Source: Candidatus Melainabacteria bacterium 17Bon1m | Lineage (GTDB): Bacteria; Cyanobacteriota; Vampirovibrionia; Obscuribacterales; Obscuribacteraceae | Direction of reading: 5' to 3' | DNA: 64,000 nt | Assembly: GCA_032128875.1 (NCBI GenBank) | Contig: JAVLKG010000004.1 | Coordinates: forward strand, 32,001 to 96,000 | Shown here: piece after piece, positions 39,465 through 47,662 of the stretch | How the letters are laid out: the number at the start of each line of letters is the position of its first letter | Position numbering within the stretch: position 1 is the first letter of the stretch | The notes under the pieces: model-generated | What the model was told of the DNA's origin: nothing | Databases searched by the model: none | The model's input: the letters and a program-made list of their open reading frames with translations, nothing else | Position numbers and translations under genes: made by a program

Positions 39465-40931
39465 TTGAATGTCGCGTCGGCTCTACCTGTCGCGCCCTCT
39501 GTTTCTGCAGATGCCTCTCCTTCGGCCGCCGCTTCGCCCTGTACCACGACCCTTTCTGCACCGTTTGCGAAATCAGCGTCGGAAGTAATTAATAGCTTGC
39601 CATCGTATCCGGTGAGTCAAATTGTGCCTTCTCGCTCGGGACAAGTAATAAGAGTTCTCCTGAGCCGCTCGTCTAAAACCCCTGACATAGCCATGATCGA
39701 CGGAGCCAGTATCGTAAATCTCGCGACCATGCAACCTGCGTTCAATGTTGCGGCCGGCAGTAGATTTCAACTGAAGTGCGAGAACAAACGTCTGGTTTTC
39801 TCTGGCGCAGATCAGTTTTGCCTCGCGCAGGCGCCCAGTACAAGCGCCATCCGCCAAGTTGTAGCTATGGCTCCCAGAGTGCTGCCGCCTCTTTCCGGGT
39901 TCCAGCCAAACGGAACAGTACTGAACAAGTTTTCTCTGGCTTTTGATGTTCCGCAACCAAAATTGAACCCTGGCAAGCCTTCCTCTTTGACGCCAGAAAC
40001 CGCCACTGTCGCTCCTCCAGCGCCGAAAGGTGGAATAAAACCGGTCGGCTATTTGGTCGTTCCTCAAGTCAAAGATGGTCTGCTTTCCTATAACGGTCGA
40101 GTATATAGGGGCGCTATCTGGTTTAAGCCTGTGGCAATAGCCGGTGGCGAAGTTTCATTCCAGGCGATCAATTTGGTTGATTTGGAAGATTATTTACTGT
40201 CCGTCGTTCCTTCTGAAATGCCCACAACCTGGCACTTGGAGGCAGTCAAAGCGCAAAGTATTGCCGCCCGCTCGTATGCAGTTGCTAACTACTGGAAGAA
40301 CGAACGAGAAAACTACGATTTGAAAGATACGACAGACGACCAGGTCTATCTCGGTGTCGAAAGCGAGACAGCATCAGGAAATCGCGCTTGTGATGAAACT
40401 TCCGGCATTGTTTTGAAGCACAATCAAAAGGTAATTTCTGCCTTCTTCCATAGCACCAGTGGCGGTGCTACAGAAGCGGGCGAGAATGTTTGGGGAAAGG
40501 AAATTCCATACGTCCAGCCCGTTGTCGATTACGATGACAACTCCCCTCACTTTTCTTGGCAGCGTCGTTTCACAATCGATCAGGCAGAGAAGGCTTTTGG
40601 ATTAAAGCAGGGTACGCTGCTATCTATCCATCCGTTTTGGAAGGTAGCTTCCAACCGTGTGCGGCAGGCGGCGGTTGTGTCAGTCGATAACACCACACTG
40701 GTTTCGGGAGAGCGTCTCAGGCAAGTGTTTAAGCTGCCCAGCTCCATTTTTAATGTGTCGTTTGAAGACGGAAGTTACATATTCGCCGGACGCGGCTTTG
40801 GCCACGGGCTTGGCATGTCTCAATACGGCGCCAGAACTCTTGCAGAAAGTGGCTATAATGCAGCCCAGATACTATCCTATTACTATAGGGATGTTTCGGT
40901 GGAGTACCTGAACAGGTCTCCTGGCATTTGA
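39465..40931 (+). CDS. SpoIID/LytB-domain peptidoglycan lytic transglycosylase (start uncertain, see frameshift finding)
   Basis: YRG, INLVDLEDYLLSVVPSEMP..W..EAVKAQSIAARSYA, DQVYLG, FHSTSGG, GRGFGHGLGMSQYGA, ILSYYY. Confidence 0.9.
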   Translation: MNVASALPVAPSVSADASPSAAASPCTTTLSAPFAKSASEVINSLPSYPVSQIVPSRSGQVIRVLLSRSSKTPDIAMIDGASIVNLATMQPAFNVAAGSRFQLKCENKRLVFSGADQFCLAQAPSTSAIRQVVAMAPRVLPPLSGFQPNGTVLNKFSLAFDVPQPKLNPGKPSSLTPETATVAPPAPKGGIKPVGYLVVPQVKDGLLSYNGRVYRGAIWFKPVAIAGGEVSFQAINLVDLEDYLLSVVPSEMPTTWHLEAVKAQSIAARSYAVANYWKNERENYDLKDTTDDQVYLGVESETASGNRACDETSGIVLKHNQKVISAFFHSTSGGATEAGENVWGKEIPYVQPVVDYDDNSPHFSWQRRFTIDQAEKAFGLKQGTLLSIHPFWKVASNRVRQAAVVSVDNTTLVSGERLRQVFKLPSSIFNVSFEDGSYIFAGRGFGHGLGMSQYGARTLAESGYNAAQILSYYYRDVSVEYLNRSPGI

Positions 40932-40938
40932 GGTCCAA

Positions 40939-42504
40939 GTGGAAAAGGCTTTTGCGATATTAACAATGCTCGGCATACTGAGCGTGCTCATCATCGTGCA
41001 CGAATGCGGGCATTTTCTGGTTGCCAGGTTCTTCGGCTTCCAGACCCCGGTCTTCGGTTTTGGGCTGCCTTTCGGACCTTCGGTCACGATTGGCAAGCGA
41101 TGGAATACCGAGTTCAAAATCCACGCCTGTCTTTTGGGTGGATACGTTGCTATTCCCGAATTGGGCGATGAATCCAACGCTGATGCCTTTGGTCCCCCTG
41201 AAAAACCTTTTCGCAAGTTTCCAATCTGGCAACGCGCTCTGGTCGCTGTCGCCGGGGTTACTTTCAATGTCATCTTTGCCTATCTTGTCTGCTTGGTAAT
41301 GGTCCTGTCCCTGGGCGATCCTGTTACCCGGATTGTTTCTGAAGGGGTGGTTGGCAAGGACAATCCGATTGCTCAAAATGCTGGTTTTCAAACCGGCGAC
41401 ATGATTGTCGATATCGATGGTGCCAAGGTTAAGACTACGGCTGAAGCCATCTCCGCCATCCAGGCACACAAAAACAAGCACATGACGGTGACTATTCGTC
41501 GTCCGGTGGACGTAGACGCTTCTGCCTCCGTTGACGCAAAAGAGCAAACAGAAGCGGATCTCCGAGCTGTCGACGAGAAAGCGTACCAAGCCAAAGAAGA
41601 TGGTATGCAGAAACTGACTCTGGAAATGACTCCAAACGAGAAAGGGCAAATCGGTCTCAAATTGACCGACCGTGTTGCATATTTCAGCAAAGTTGAAGGC
41701 AATATTTTTGAGATTGCTGGTTATGCCGGTTACAAGCTGTATGAGCTGACCAAGCAAATGCTCGATGCTTTAGGGCAGATGGTTCAGGGTCTGGCTCAGG
41801 GGCTAACGGGTGCCAAAAAGGCTGCCGGAGGCGCACCAGCCGTAGGTATCGGTGACTTGCACGGCGTTCTGGCCGTGGTCGTCTTTGGCGCCGATGTTGC
41901 TCAACAAGACTGGAGCAAGCTGTTCATGTTTACCATCATGATCAGCATGGACCTCGCAATCATCAACCTTTTACCGTGGCCAGCACTGGATGGCGGTCAC
42001 CTTGCTTTCATGCTGTTCGAGGCAATTCGTGGCAGACCAATGCACGAGAAAGCGCAAGGCGAAATCGTCAAATGGGGCTTCATCAGTTTGATTGTGCTTA
42101 TGGTCGTCATCATGGTCAATGATGTGAGCGCGTTGATGACCGGCAAGCTGTCATTCAAAGCAATGAAAGAGAAAGCGAAAGAAGTACGGCAGCAGCAAAG
42201 TGATCAAAAGGACGCTTCACAGAGTAGAAGCGACACCGGCACTCCGGCTGCTGATTCGATCCCCGCAACGACGACAGAATCTGTACCGCCGTCTGGTACA
42301 GAATCCACGTCACCCGCGGCCGAAACCAAAGCACCTGCGGCAGAAGCCGTTACACCCGCGACCGAAACCAAAACGCCAGCGGCAGAAGCAGGTACACCCG
42401 CGACCGAAACCAAAGCACCAGCGGCAGAAGCAGGTACACCCGCTACCGAAACCAAAACGCCAGCGGCAGAAACCGTTACGCCGGCACCCGTTCCAGCACA
42501 CTAA
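40939..42504 (+). CDS. rseP: RseP/site-2 protease (M50) with PDZ domain and repetitive C-terminal tail
   Basis: VHECGH, LGGYV, PDZ-like AGFQTGDMIVDIDG, INLLPWPALDGGH. Confidence 0.93.
   Translation: MEKAFAILTMLGILSVLIIVHECGHFLVARFFGFQTPVFGFGLPFGPSVTIGKRWNTEFKIHACLLGGYVAIPELGDESNADAFGPPEKPFRKFPIWQRALVAVAGVTFNVIFAYLVCLVMVLSLGDPVTRIVSEGVVGKDNPIAQNAGFQTGDMIVDIDGAKVKTTAEAISAIQAHKNKHMTVTIRRPVDVDASASVDAKEQTEADLRAVDEKAYQAKEDGMQKLTLEMTPNEKGQIGLKLTDRVAYFSKVEGNIFEIAGYAGYKLYELTKQMLDALGQMVQGLAQGLTGAKKAAGGAPAVGIGDLHGVLAVVVFGADVAQQDWSKLFMFTIMISMDLAIINLLPWPALDGGHLAFMLFEAIRGRPMHEKAQGEIVKWGFISLIVLMVVIMVNDVSALMTGKLSFKAMKEKAKEVRQQQSDQKDASQSRSDTGTPAADSIPATTTESVPPSGTESTSPAAETKAPAAEAVTPATETKTPAAEAGTPATETKAPAAEAGTPATETKTPAAETVTPAPVPAH
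42310..42486 (+). repeat. In-frame 42-bp tandem repeat (4+ copies) in the rseP tail
   Basis: Encodes TPATETK(A/T)PAAEA(G/V) units. Confidence 0.9.
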
Positions 42505-42524
42505 TAAGTCAGAGGTTTCAAGAG

Positions 42525-42776
42525 ATGGCTCAATATGATTACCGCTGCAAAGACTGCCGAGAGGTGTTCACTGTTGAACGATCTATGACGGCAGAATCTA
42601 CCGACTGCGCTTGCGATAAGTGCGGCAGCACTGAAGTTACGCGTATTTGGAACGCATTCATTCGAGCCGGTGGCACCACCCCTGATGTCGGGCAGGGCAC
42701 CAGTAAATCTTCGAGCTCTTCCGGTGGTGGCGGCTGTGGCTCCTGCTCCAGCTCTTCCTGCGGAACTTGCCACTAG
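42525..42776 (+). CDS. FmdB-family zinc ribbon protein
   Basis: YDYRCKDC..F...CDKCG...RI; C-terminal CGSCSSSSCGTCH. Confidence 0.85.
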   Translation: MAQYDYRCKDCREVFTVERSMTAESTDCACDKCGSTEVTRIWNAFIRAGGTTPDVGQGTSKSSSSSGGGGCGSCSSSSCGTCH

Positions 42777-42783
42777 AGTAAAC

Positions 42784-42806
42784 GGGTGGCATTATGCCGC
42801 CCCTAC
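42784..42806 (-). repeat. GTAG-type REP hairpin
   Basis: GGGTGGCATTATGCCGCCCCTAC. Confidence 0.8.
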
Positions 42807-42869
42807 AATGACTTTTGAAGTCATTCTACGTTCTGGACCGAAAGCAGCCTCACACACAATACAGGCATA

Positions 42870-43664
42870 ATGCAAGTCGACAGTTACTTCAGCTCCATCA
42901 CGATATTTACACTCGGTGTAATGTTGTCGGTGGTTGGATTGATCTGGGTTCGTCAGAAAGTCCATATCGATTCGCTTATGGAAAACCACGAGGTTGGTGG
43001 CTACATGCTGTCCGTCGTCGGTACTATGTACGCGGTCTTGCTAGGACTCGTGGTAGTTGATGCGATGACCCGCTTTCAAGAAGCGCGCACAATTGTTGAA
43101 GCTGAGGCTAATAGCCTGGCTGATGTGTTTGTTTTATCCCGACGCTTTCCTGAAGAAAAACAGAAAAAGATTGAGGCAATGTGTCTTGATTACGTGACCG
43201 AGGTTGTTCAGGTCGAATGGGACCTTATGGGCACCCAAAACAAAAGTTTCAAGGCTCGTAAGTTGGTTTTTGATTTGATTCACGAAGTCATTGATTATGA
43301 GCCGGTTACAGAGAGCCAAAAAGCGATCTATCCAATGGCCGTGGAAGCAGTTTGTAACTTGTGGGATAACAGGCGCGCGCGGACAAACATATCCGACAAC
43401 GGAATGCCTATCGAGGAATGGGTCGTTCTCGTCCTTGGAGCCGCGGTCTGCAGTGTGTTTTCGTACTTCTTTGGTTTGAGAAATTTGAAATCGCAGATAA
43501 TCATGACTGCACTTTCATCGTCTTTGATTGCGTTGAACTTGTTTTTGGTATTGATGTTCGGATATCCATTTTCCGGCGACATGAAAATCAAGCCCGATGC
43601 CTTGTACGTAGACAAGCTCATATTCGAGCGTCTTCTCGGCATAAACAAGAACTACGAGATGTAG
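42870..43664 (+). CDS. DUF4239 (bestrophin-like) membrane protein
   Basis: VGTMYAVLLGLVVV, EANSL, Y...V...EW, R..R, YPFSGDMKI.P; four TM segments. Confidence 0.8.
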   Translation: MQVDSYFSSITIFTLGVMLSVVGLIWVRQKVHIDSLMENHEVGGYMLSVVGTMYAVLLGLVVVDAMTRFQEARTIVEAEANSLADVFVLSRRFPEEKQKKIEAMCLDYVTEVVQVEWDLMGTQNKSFKARKLVFDLIHEVIDYEPVTESQKAIYPMAVEAVCNLWDNRRARTNISDNGMPIEEWVVLVLGAAVCSVFSYFFGLRNLKSQIIMTALSSSLIALNLFLVLMFGYPFSGDMKIKPDALYVDKLIFERLLGINKNYEM

Positions 43665-43742
43665 GGACGCATTGCCTGCGCCGTCTAGCGTAGGGACGCA
43701 TTGCATGCGCCGTTTAGCGTAGGAGCGGCATTCATGCCGCCC
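43661..43742 (+). repeat. Three tandem GTAG REPs at 29-bp period
   Basis: GTAGGGACGCATTGCCTGCGCCG, GTAGGGACGCATTGCATGCGCCG, GTAGGAGCGGCATTCATGCCGCCC. Confidence 0.85.
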
Positions 43743-43765
43743 GTCAATTGATTGTGTTCGCAAAC

Positions 43766-44602
43766 CTAGAAGATGTCTTGATCCAATCCAGAAATAACGC
43801 TGCGGTTGTGCTTATTCGTACCTGAATAACCTGTCTCAGGAACCAGTAAACATCCCGTTTTTGCTCGTGGTTCGAAAGTTCCTTTTACTTCCCAGTGTGC
43901 GAGTTCTACTCCATCATCGACAAAGTCTTTCGAAGTGTAATAGCGCTCGATTTCTTTGCGGTACGCTTGCCTGTTTATTGGTTTTGACGCGATAGTCACG
44001 CCTCTGGAAATTGGCACTGCAGCAGTTTCTCCGATTTCCTTAGCGACTTTGCCAAGGCAACTGGGAAGATTGGCGATTGTTTCGCCCGTTTCTTTTGCTG
44101 TTCCTTCTATGCCTTTTGCAGTCACTTCAATACCTTTTGCAGCCCCTTCAATCCCCTTAGCCGCTCCGCCAATGCCCTTTGCGGCACCGCCGATTCCCTT
44201 GCTAACAGCTTTTCCGAGATAGCAAACCACATGTCCAATGCCATCAAGTTCCAGCCTGTCAGCTGCTGCTTTCGATAGATCGATGACACGTTTGCCGTAA
44301 TAAGGTCCGCGGTCCGTCACTGTAACCTGGCATGTTTTGCCGTTGGACGGATTCTCGACCAGAAGTTTTGTTCCGAATGGAAGCGTCTTATGCGCGCACG
44401 TCATGCTATGCATGTTGTAGCGAGTGCCAGAAGCAGTGCGCCTTCCGTGGAATTTCCCGCCGTACCATGAGGCGATGCCGGAAAATAGCTTTTTGAATGG
44501 TTCGTCGATGTTTGCTGCCAGTGCAGCATTTGTCGTTACGAGAGAAGACGCGAACGTAAACGCCACCAAGAGCGCAATGCTCCTTCTTATGTCTCTGTGC
44601 AT
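43766..44602 (-). CDS. rlpA: RlpA-family lytic transglycosylase (DPBB domain) with heptad-repeat tail
   Basis: GIASWYGGKFHGRRTASG, TCAHKTLPFGT, VTDRGPY..RVIDLSKAAA; ATG 44602 with SD GAGGA and signal peptide. Confidence 0.9.
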   Translation of the reverse strand: MHRDIRRSIALLVAFTFASSLVTTNAALAANIDEPFKKLFSGIASWYGGKFHGRRTASGTRYNMHSMTCAHKTLPFGTKLLVENPSNGKTCQVTVTDRGPYYGKRVIDLSKAAADRLELDGIGHVVCYLGKAVSKGIGGAAKGIGGAAKGIEGAAKGIEVTAKGIEGTAKETGETIANLPSCLGKVAKEIGETAAVPISRGVTIASKPINRQAYRKEIERYYTSKDFVDDGVELAHWEVKGTFEPRAKTGCLLVPETGYSGTNKHNRSVISGLDQDIF

Positions 44603-44960
44603 TTCTTTAATCCTCAATACACAACTCACGAAATGAGCAGCGGAGGGCGCACGTGCCCTGATGCGACTAACAGAGTGATTCCCGTCGCTTTGCTGCTGTC
44701 GTGTTTCCCTGACAGTTGCGTTTGCAGCTGTCTGTGTTTCCCTGGCAAAGGAATACAGGCGATGATCGACACTGCTCACCAGGCGCCTGTTTTCGTTTGT
44801 CAGTTGTGGGACAAAACACTGAAACGAAAGTTCCCGCAGCGGTTGCGATCGGTCGCTACCACGCGATTCGTATCCAATCGGCCATCAGTCCTTTGGCGTC
44901 GGAAGACTGCCTATTTGACCGGCTTTCCGGTAATCGTCCGACGCGTTTACGTGTCAGTTA
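44603..44960 (-). promoter_or_regulatory. Long structured 5' leader of rlpA (candidate cis-regulatory RNA)
   Basis: About eight consecutive hairpins and two mutually exclusive long-range pairings. Confidence 0.5.
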
Positions 44961-45056
44961 AAAATCTTAGTTAGCTATAGATAATCTACGGAACCTGTTC
45001 GAAAATCTGCGGAACTTAAATCTGCTCTCACAAATCAGCGAGCTCACTTTGCACAA

Positions 45057-45956
45057 TTAACAAGTAAGTTCGCCTTTCAATTCCATGTCCGCGGCGATCA
45101 ATTGACGCAACTCCAACTCTTCTTCTTCGGAAATTGCAAATGACTCAGAATCATCGGGAAACTGTTTGGACTTCACATCATTCGCATAGCTAACAATTGC
45201 ATCGTTGCAAATGTCTGCCAGATTGGCATAGCGCCTTACGAATCGTGGTTGAAAATCGGTGAATTTGCCGAGCAAATCATCTGTCACCAAAATTTGTCCG
45301 TCGCAGCCGTTGCCTGCACCGATACCAATAGTAGGGATCTTCATTTCTTCAGTGAGGATGGCCGCCACCGCTTTCGGTACCATTTCTAAAACCACACTAA
45401 ATGCTCCTGCTTCTTCCAGTGCTTTAGCGTCGCGTATTAGTTTCACCGCATCTTCGGCTGTTTTGCCCTGTACTTTAGTACCGCCCAATCCGTGGATTGA
45501 CTGAGGGGTAAAACCCAGGTGTCCCATGACTGGAATACCCATCCCTACCAGTCTCTCGACGATTTCGAGGCTGAGCGGTGTGGCTCCTTCGAGTTTTACT
45601 GCATGCGCTTCGGCTTCTTTGATAAAGCGTCCAGCATTTGTTATGGCTTGTGTCACTTCAACCTGATAGCTCATAAAGGGCAGGTCGGCAACCACCAGCG
45701 CCGTCTTCACTCCGCGTGTCACGGCGCGCGTGTGGTGAAGCATCTCTTCCATTGTCACTGCGTGTGTGGTGCGGTGACCGAGCGCGACCATGGCCAGACT
45801 GTCGCCGACGAGGATGACGTCTACTCCCGCGCGGTCGACAATTTGCGCGGTCGAATAGTCATAGGCGGTAAGGCAGACAATTTTTCGACCCTCACCTTTG
45901 TATTTCAAAAGCGTGTGGGTGGAAACTTGCTTGGTTGATTGTGTGTGTTTGGACAT
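45057..45956 (-). CDS. panB: 3-methyl-2-oxobutanoate hydroxymethyltransferase
   Basis: LTAYDY, ILVGDSL, ADLPFMSY, AVKLEG, MGHLGFTPQS, TIGIGAG..CDGQILV; ATG 45956. Confidence 0.97.
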   Translation of the reverse strand: MSKHTQSTKQVSTHTLLKYKGEGRKIVCLTAYDYSTAQIVDRAGVDVILVGDSLAMVALGHRTTHAVTMEEMLHHTRAVTRGVKTALVVADLPFMSYQVEVTQAITNAGRFIKEAEAHAVKLEGATPLSLEIVERLVGMGIPVMGHLGFTPQSIHGLGGTKVQGKTAEDAVKLIRDAKALEEAGAFSVVLEMVPKAVAAILTEEMKIPTIGIGAGNGCDGQILVTDDLLGKFTDFQPRFVRRYANLADICNDAIVSYANDVKSKQFPDDSESFAISEEEELELRQLIAADMELKGELTC

Positions 45957-46073
45957 GGTTTTTGTTTCCCTTGTGGGCCTAATGATAACCGAAATAAATT
46001 CCGGCACAGTAAGCCTTTTTAATACTTGAGAGCCGGTTCTGAAAACTTGTCTTTAATTGCCCCGCGGTACTTC

Positions 46074-47567
46074 TTAATAGCCGCGCTTCTTGAACTCAAT
46101 TTCGCGCGCACGTCTGCGAACGTCATCCTGCTGAATGCTCACGATGTGCCGCGGGTCATATGGATACTTGCCGTCAATCTCGTGGAACTTCTGGTACATC
46201 ATGCCGGCATCGCTCGCCAGACCCATCTTTTCGAGGATGACTCCAAGATTGAAGTAGGCGGCTCCAAAGGTCGGCCGCAACGCCTGCGCCTGCTGGTATT
46301 TTGCGATGGCTCCGTTCAAGTCGCCTGAGATTTCTTGCAGTTCACCAAGGTGCTGAACCGCTTCATAGCATTCGGGATACATCTCGAGAATTCGTCCGTA
46401 GGTCTTCTTTGCGGCCTCATAGTTGCCGCCTTCAATCTCGAATACGCCCCGCTTTACGAGCGCCTGAACCTCGGCCATGTCATACAAAACTTTCTTACGA
46501 GACCCACTGCGCAGTGCCTTTTCTAGACTTTTGATTTTAGCGAGAGTCTCCACTCTGTCCACGCTGTTTTGCATGGCGACCGCTTCTTTATATGTATCGA
46601 CAGCCTCGATACCCAGACCTTTCACTTCGCAGCAAGCGGCTTTGTAGCACTTAAGTTTGTCGAGCGCGACGGCAGGATATTTCTTTGATTCGGCGTACAC
46701 CGGTGTGACCTTTTCCGCCTCGCGCATCGCCAGCAGGCAGCGGTCGACATCGCCACGATAATAGCGAACGCGCCCAAACTCGTAGTTGGCAGCGGCAAAC
46801 TTCGCGTCGCATTGCAGCGCCTTTCGATACTCGGCTTCAGCCGCATCGAACTGCGAATTCGAGCAATAAACGTTGCCCAAATAATAGTGAATCATTGGAT
46901 TGTCCGGAATCAGTCTTTCTGCTTCCTGCAGCTTTTGCAGTGATTCAGAAATGTCGCACAACCCTGATGAATACTTCTGATACATCGCCAATCCAAGATC
47001 TTGCAGAGCATCAAAATAATTGGGATTGCATCTTATGGCGTCATTGAATTGTTCGATTGCACTGTCGAGATCGCCTTTGTCTCTGAGCATCTCGCCCAGG
47101 TGATAGTGTGCGTCTGGATACTTAGGACTGGATTTGATGCACTCTTCAAATGCGCGCTCGGCTTCGTATGTTTTGCCTGTCTTGCGCAAGAAGAGTCCGT
47201 AATTGTTCCGGCATTCTACATAGTTGTAGTCGAGAGTCAGAGCCGAACCGAACCACATGTTGGCGTTGTAAGTGTCGCCGGCTTCAGCATACGCAAGCGC
47301 GAGCATGTGGCAAACTTTTTTGTTGGATGGATCATCGTTCTGAGCCAATTTCAAGAAATTGACTGCTTGAACGTAATCGCCTATTTGAAACGCTTGCAGA
47401 CCCTTCTGATAATTTGCAGACGCGCGCCCACGATTGACGCCAGGCGAGTCCGGATTCATGTATTCATGCTGAGCAGTCGTTTGACCGCCGCTCAAACTTA
47501 CAGTTGAAAACATCAGCAAGACTGCCAACGATTTCAAAAACGAGAAATTTTTGGACCTGTTTTGCAT
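46074..47567 (-). CDS. Exported tetratricopeptide-repeat protein
   Basis: Signal peptide; many TPR units (CRNNYG, AHYHLG, IHYYLG, AYFNLG). Confidence 0.88.
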   Translation of the reverse strand: MQNRSKNFSFLKSLAVLLMFSTVSLSGGQTTAQHEYMNPDSPGVNRGRASANYQKGLQAFQIGDYVQAVNFLKLAQNDDPSNKKVCHMLALAYAEAGDTYNANMWFGSALTLDYNYVECRNNYGLFLRKTGKTYEAERAFEECIKSSPKYPDAHYHLGEMLRDKGDLDSAIEQFNDAIRCNPNYFDALQDLGLAMYQKYSSGLCDISESLQKLQEAERLIPDNPMIHYYLGNVYCSNSQFDAAEAEYRKALQCDAKFAAANYEFGRVRYYRGDVDRCLLAMREAEKVTPVYAESKKYPAVALDKLKCYKAACCEVKGLGIEAVDTYKEAVAMQNSVDRVETLAKIKSLEKALRSGSRKKVLYDMAEVQALVKRGVFEIEGGNYEAAKKTYGRILEMYPECYEAVQHLGELQEISGDLNGAIAKYQQAQALRPTFGAAYFNLGVILEKMGLASDAGMMYQKFHEIDGKYPYDPRHIVSIQQDDVRRRAREIEFKKRGY

Positions 47568-47662
47568 AGGTCGAATGATCTAACTCCATTTCCGAAGCCA
47601 GATCACATATTACAGTAAATGATATCTACGCGCCTTTTGATAACCGCTGGCACCGGTACGCT

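Noticed and set aside
43661-43742. Regularly spaced repeats here and at 13245-13335 as possible CRISPR arrays
   Set aside because: No unique ~30-nt spacers, units too short or REP-like, no cas genes
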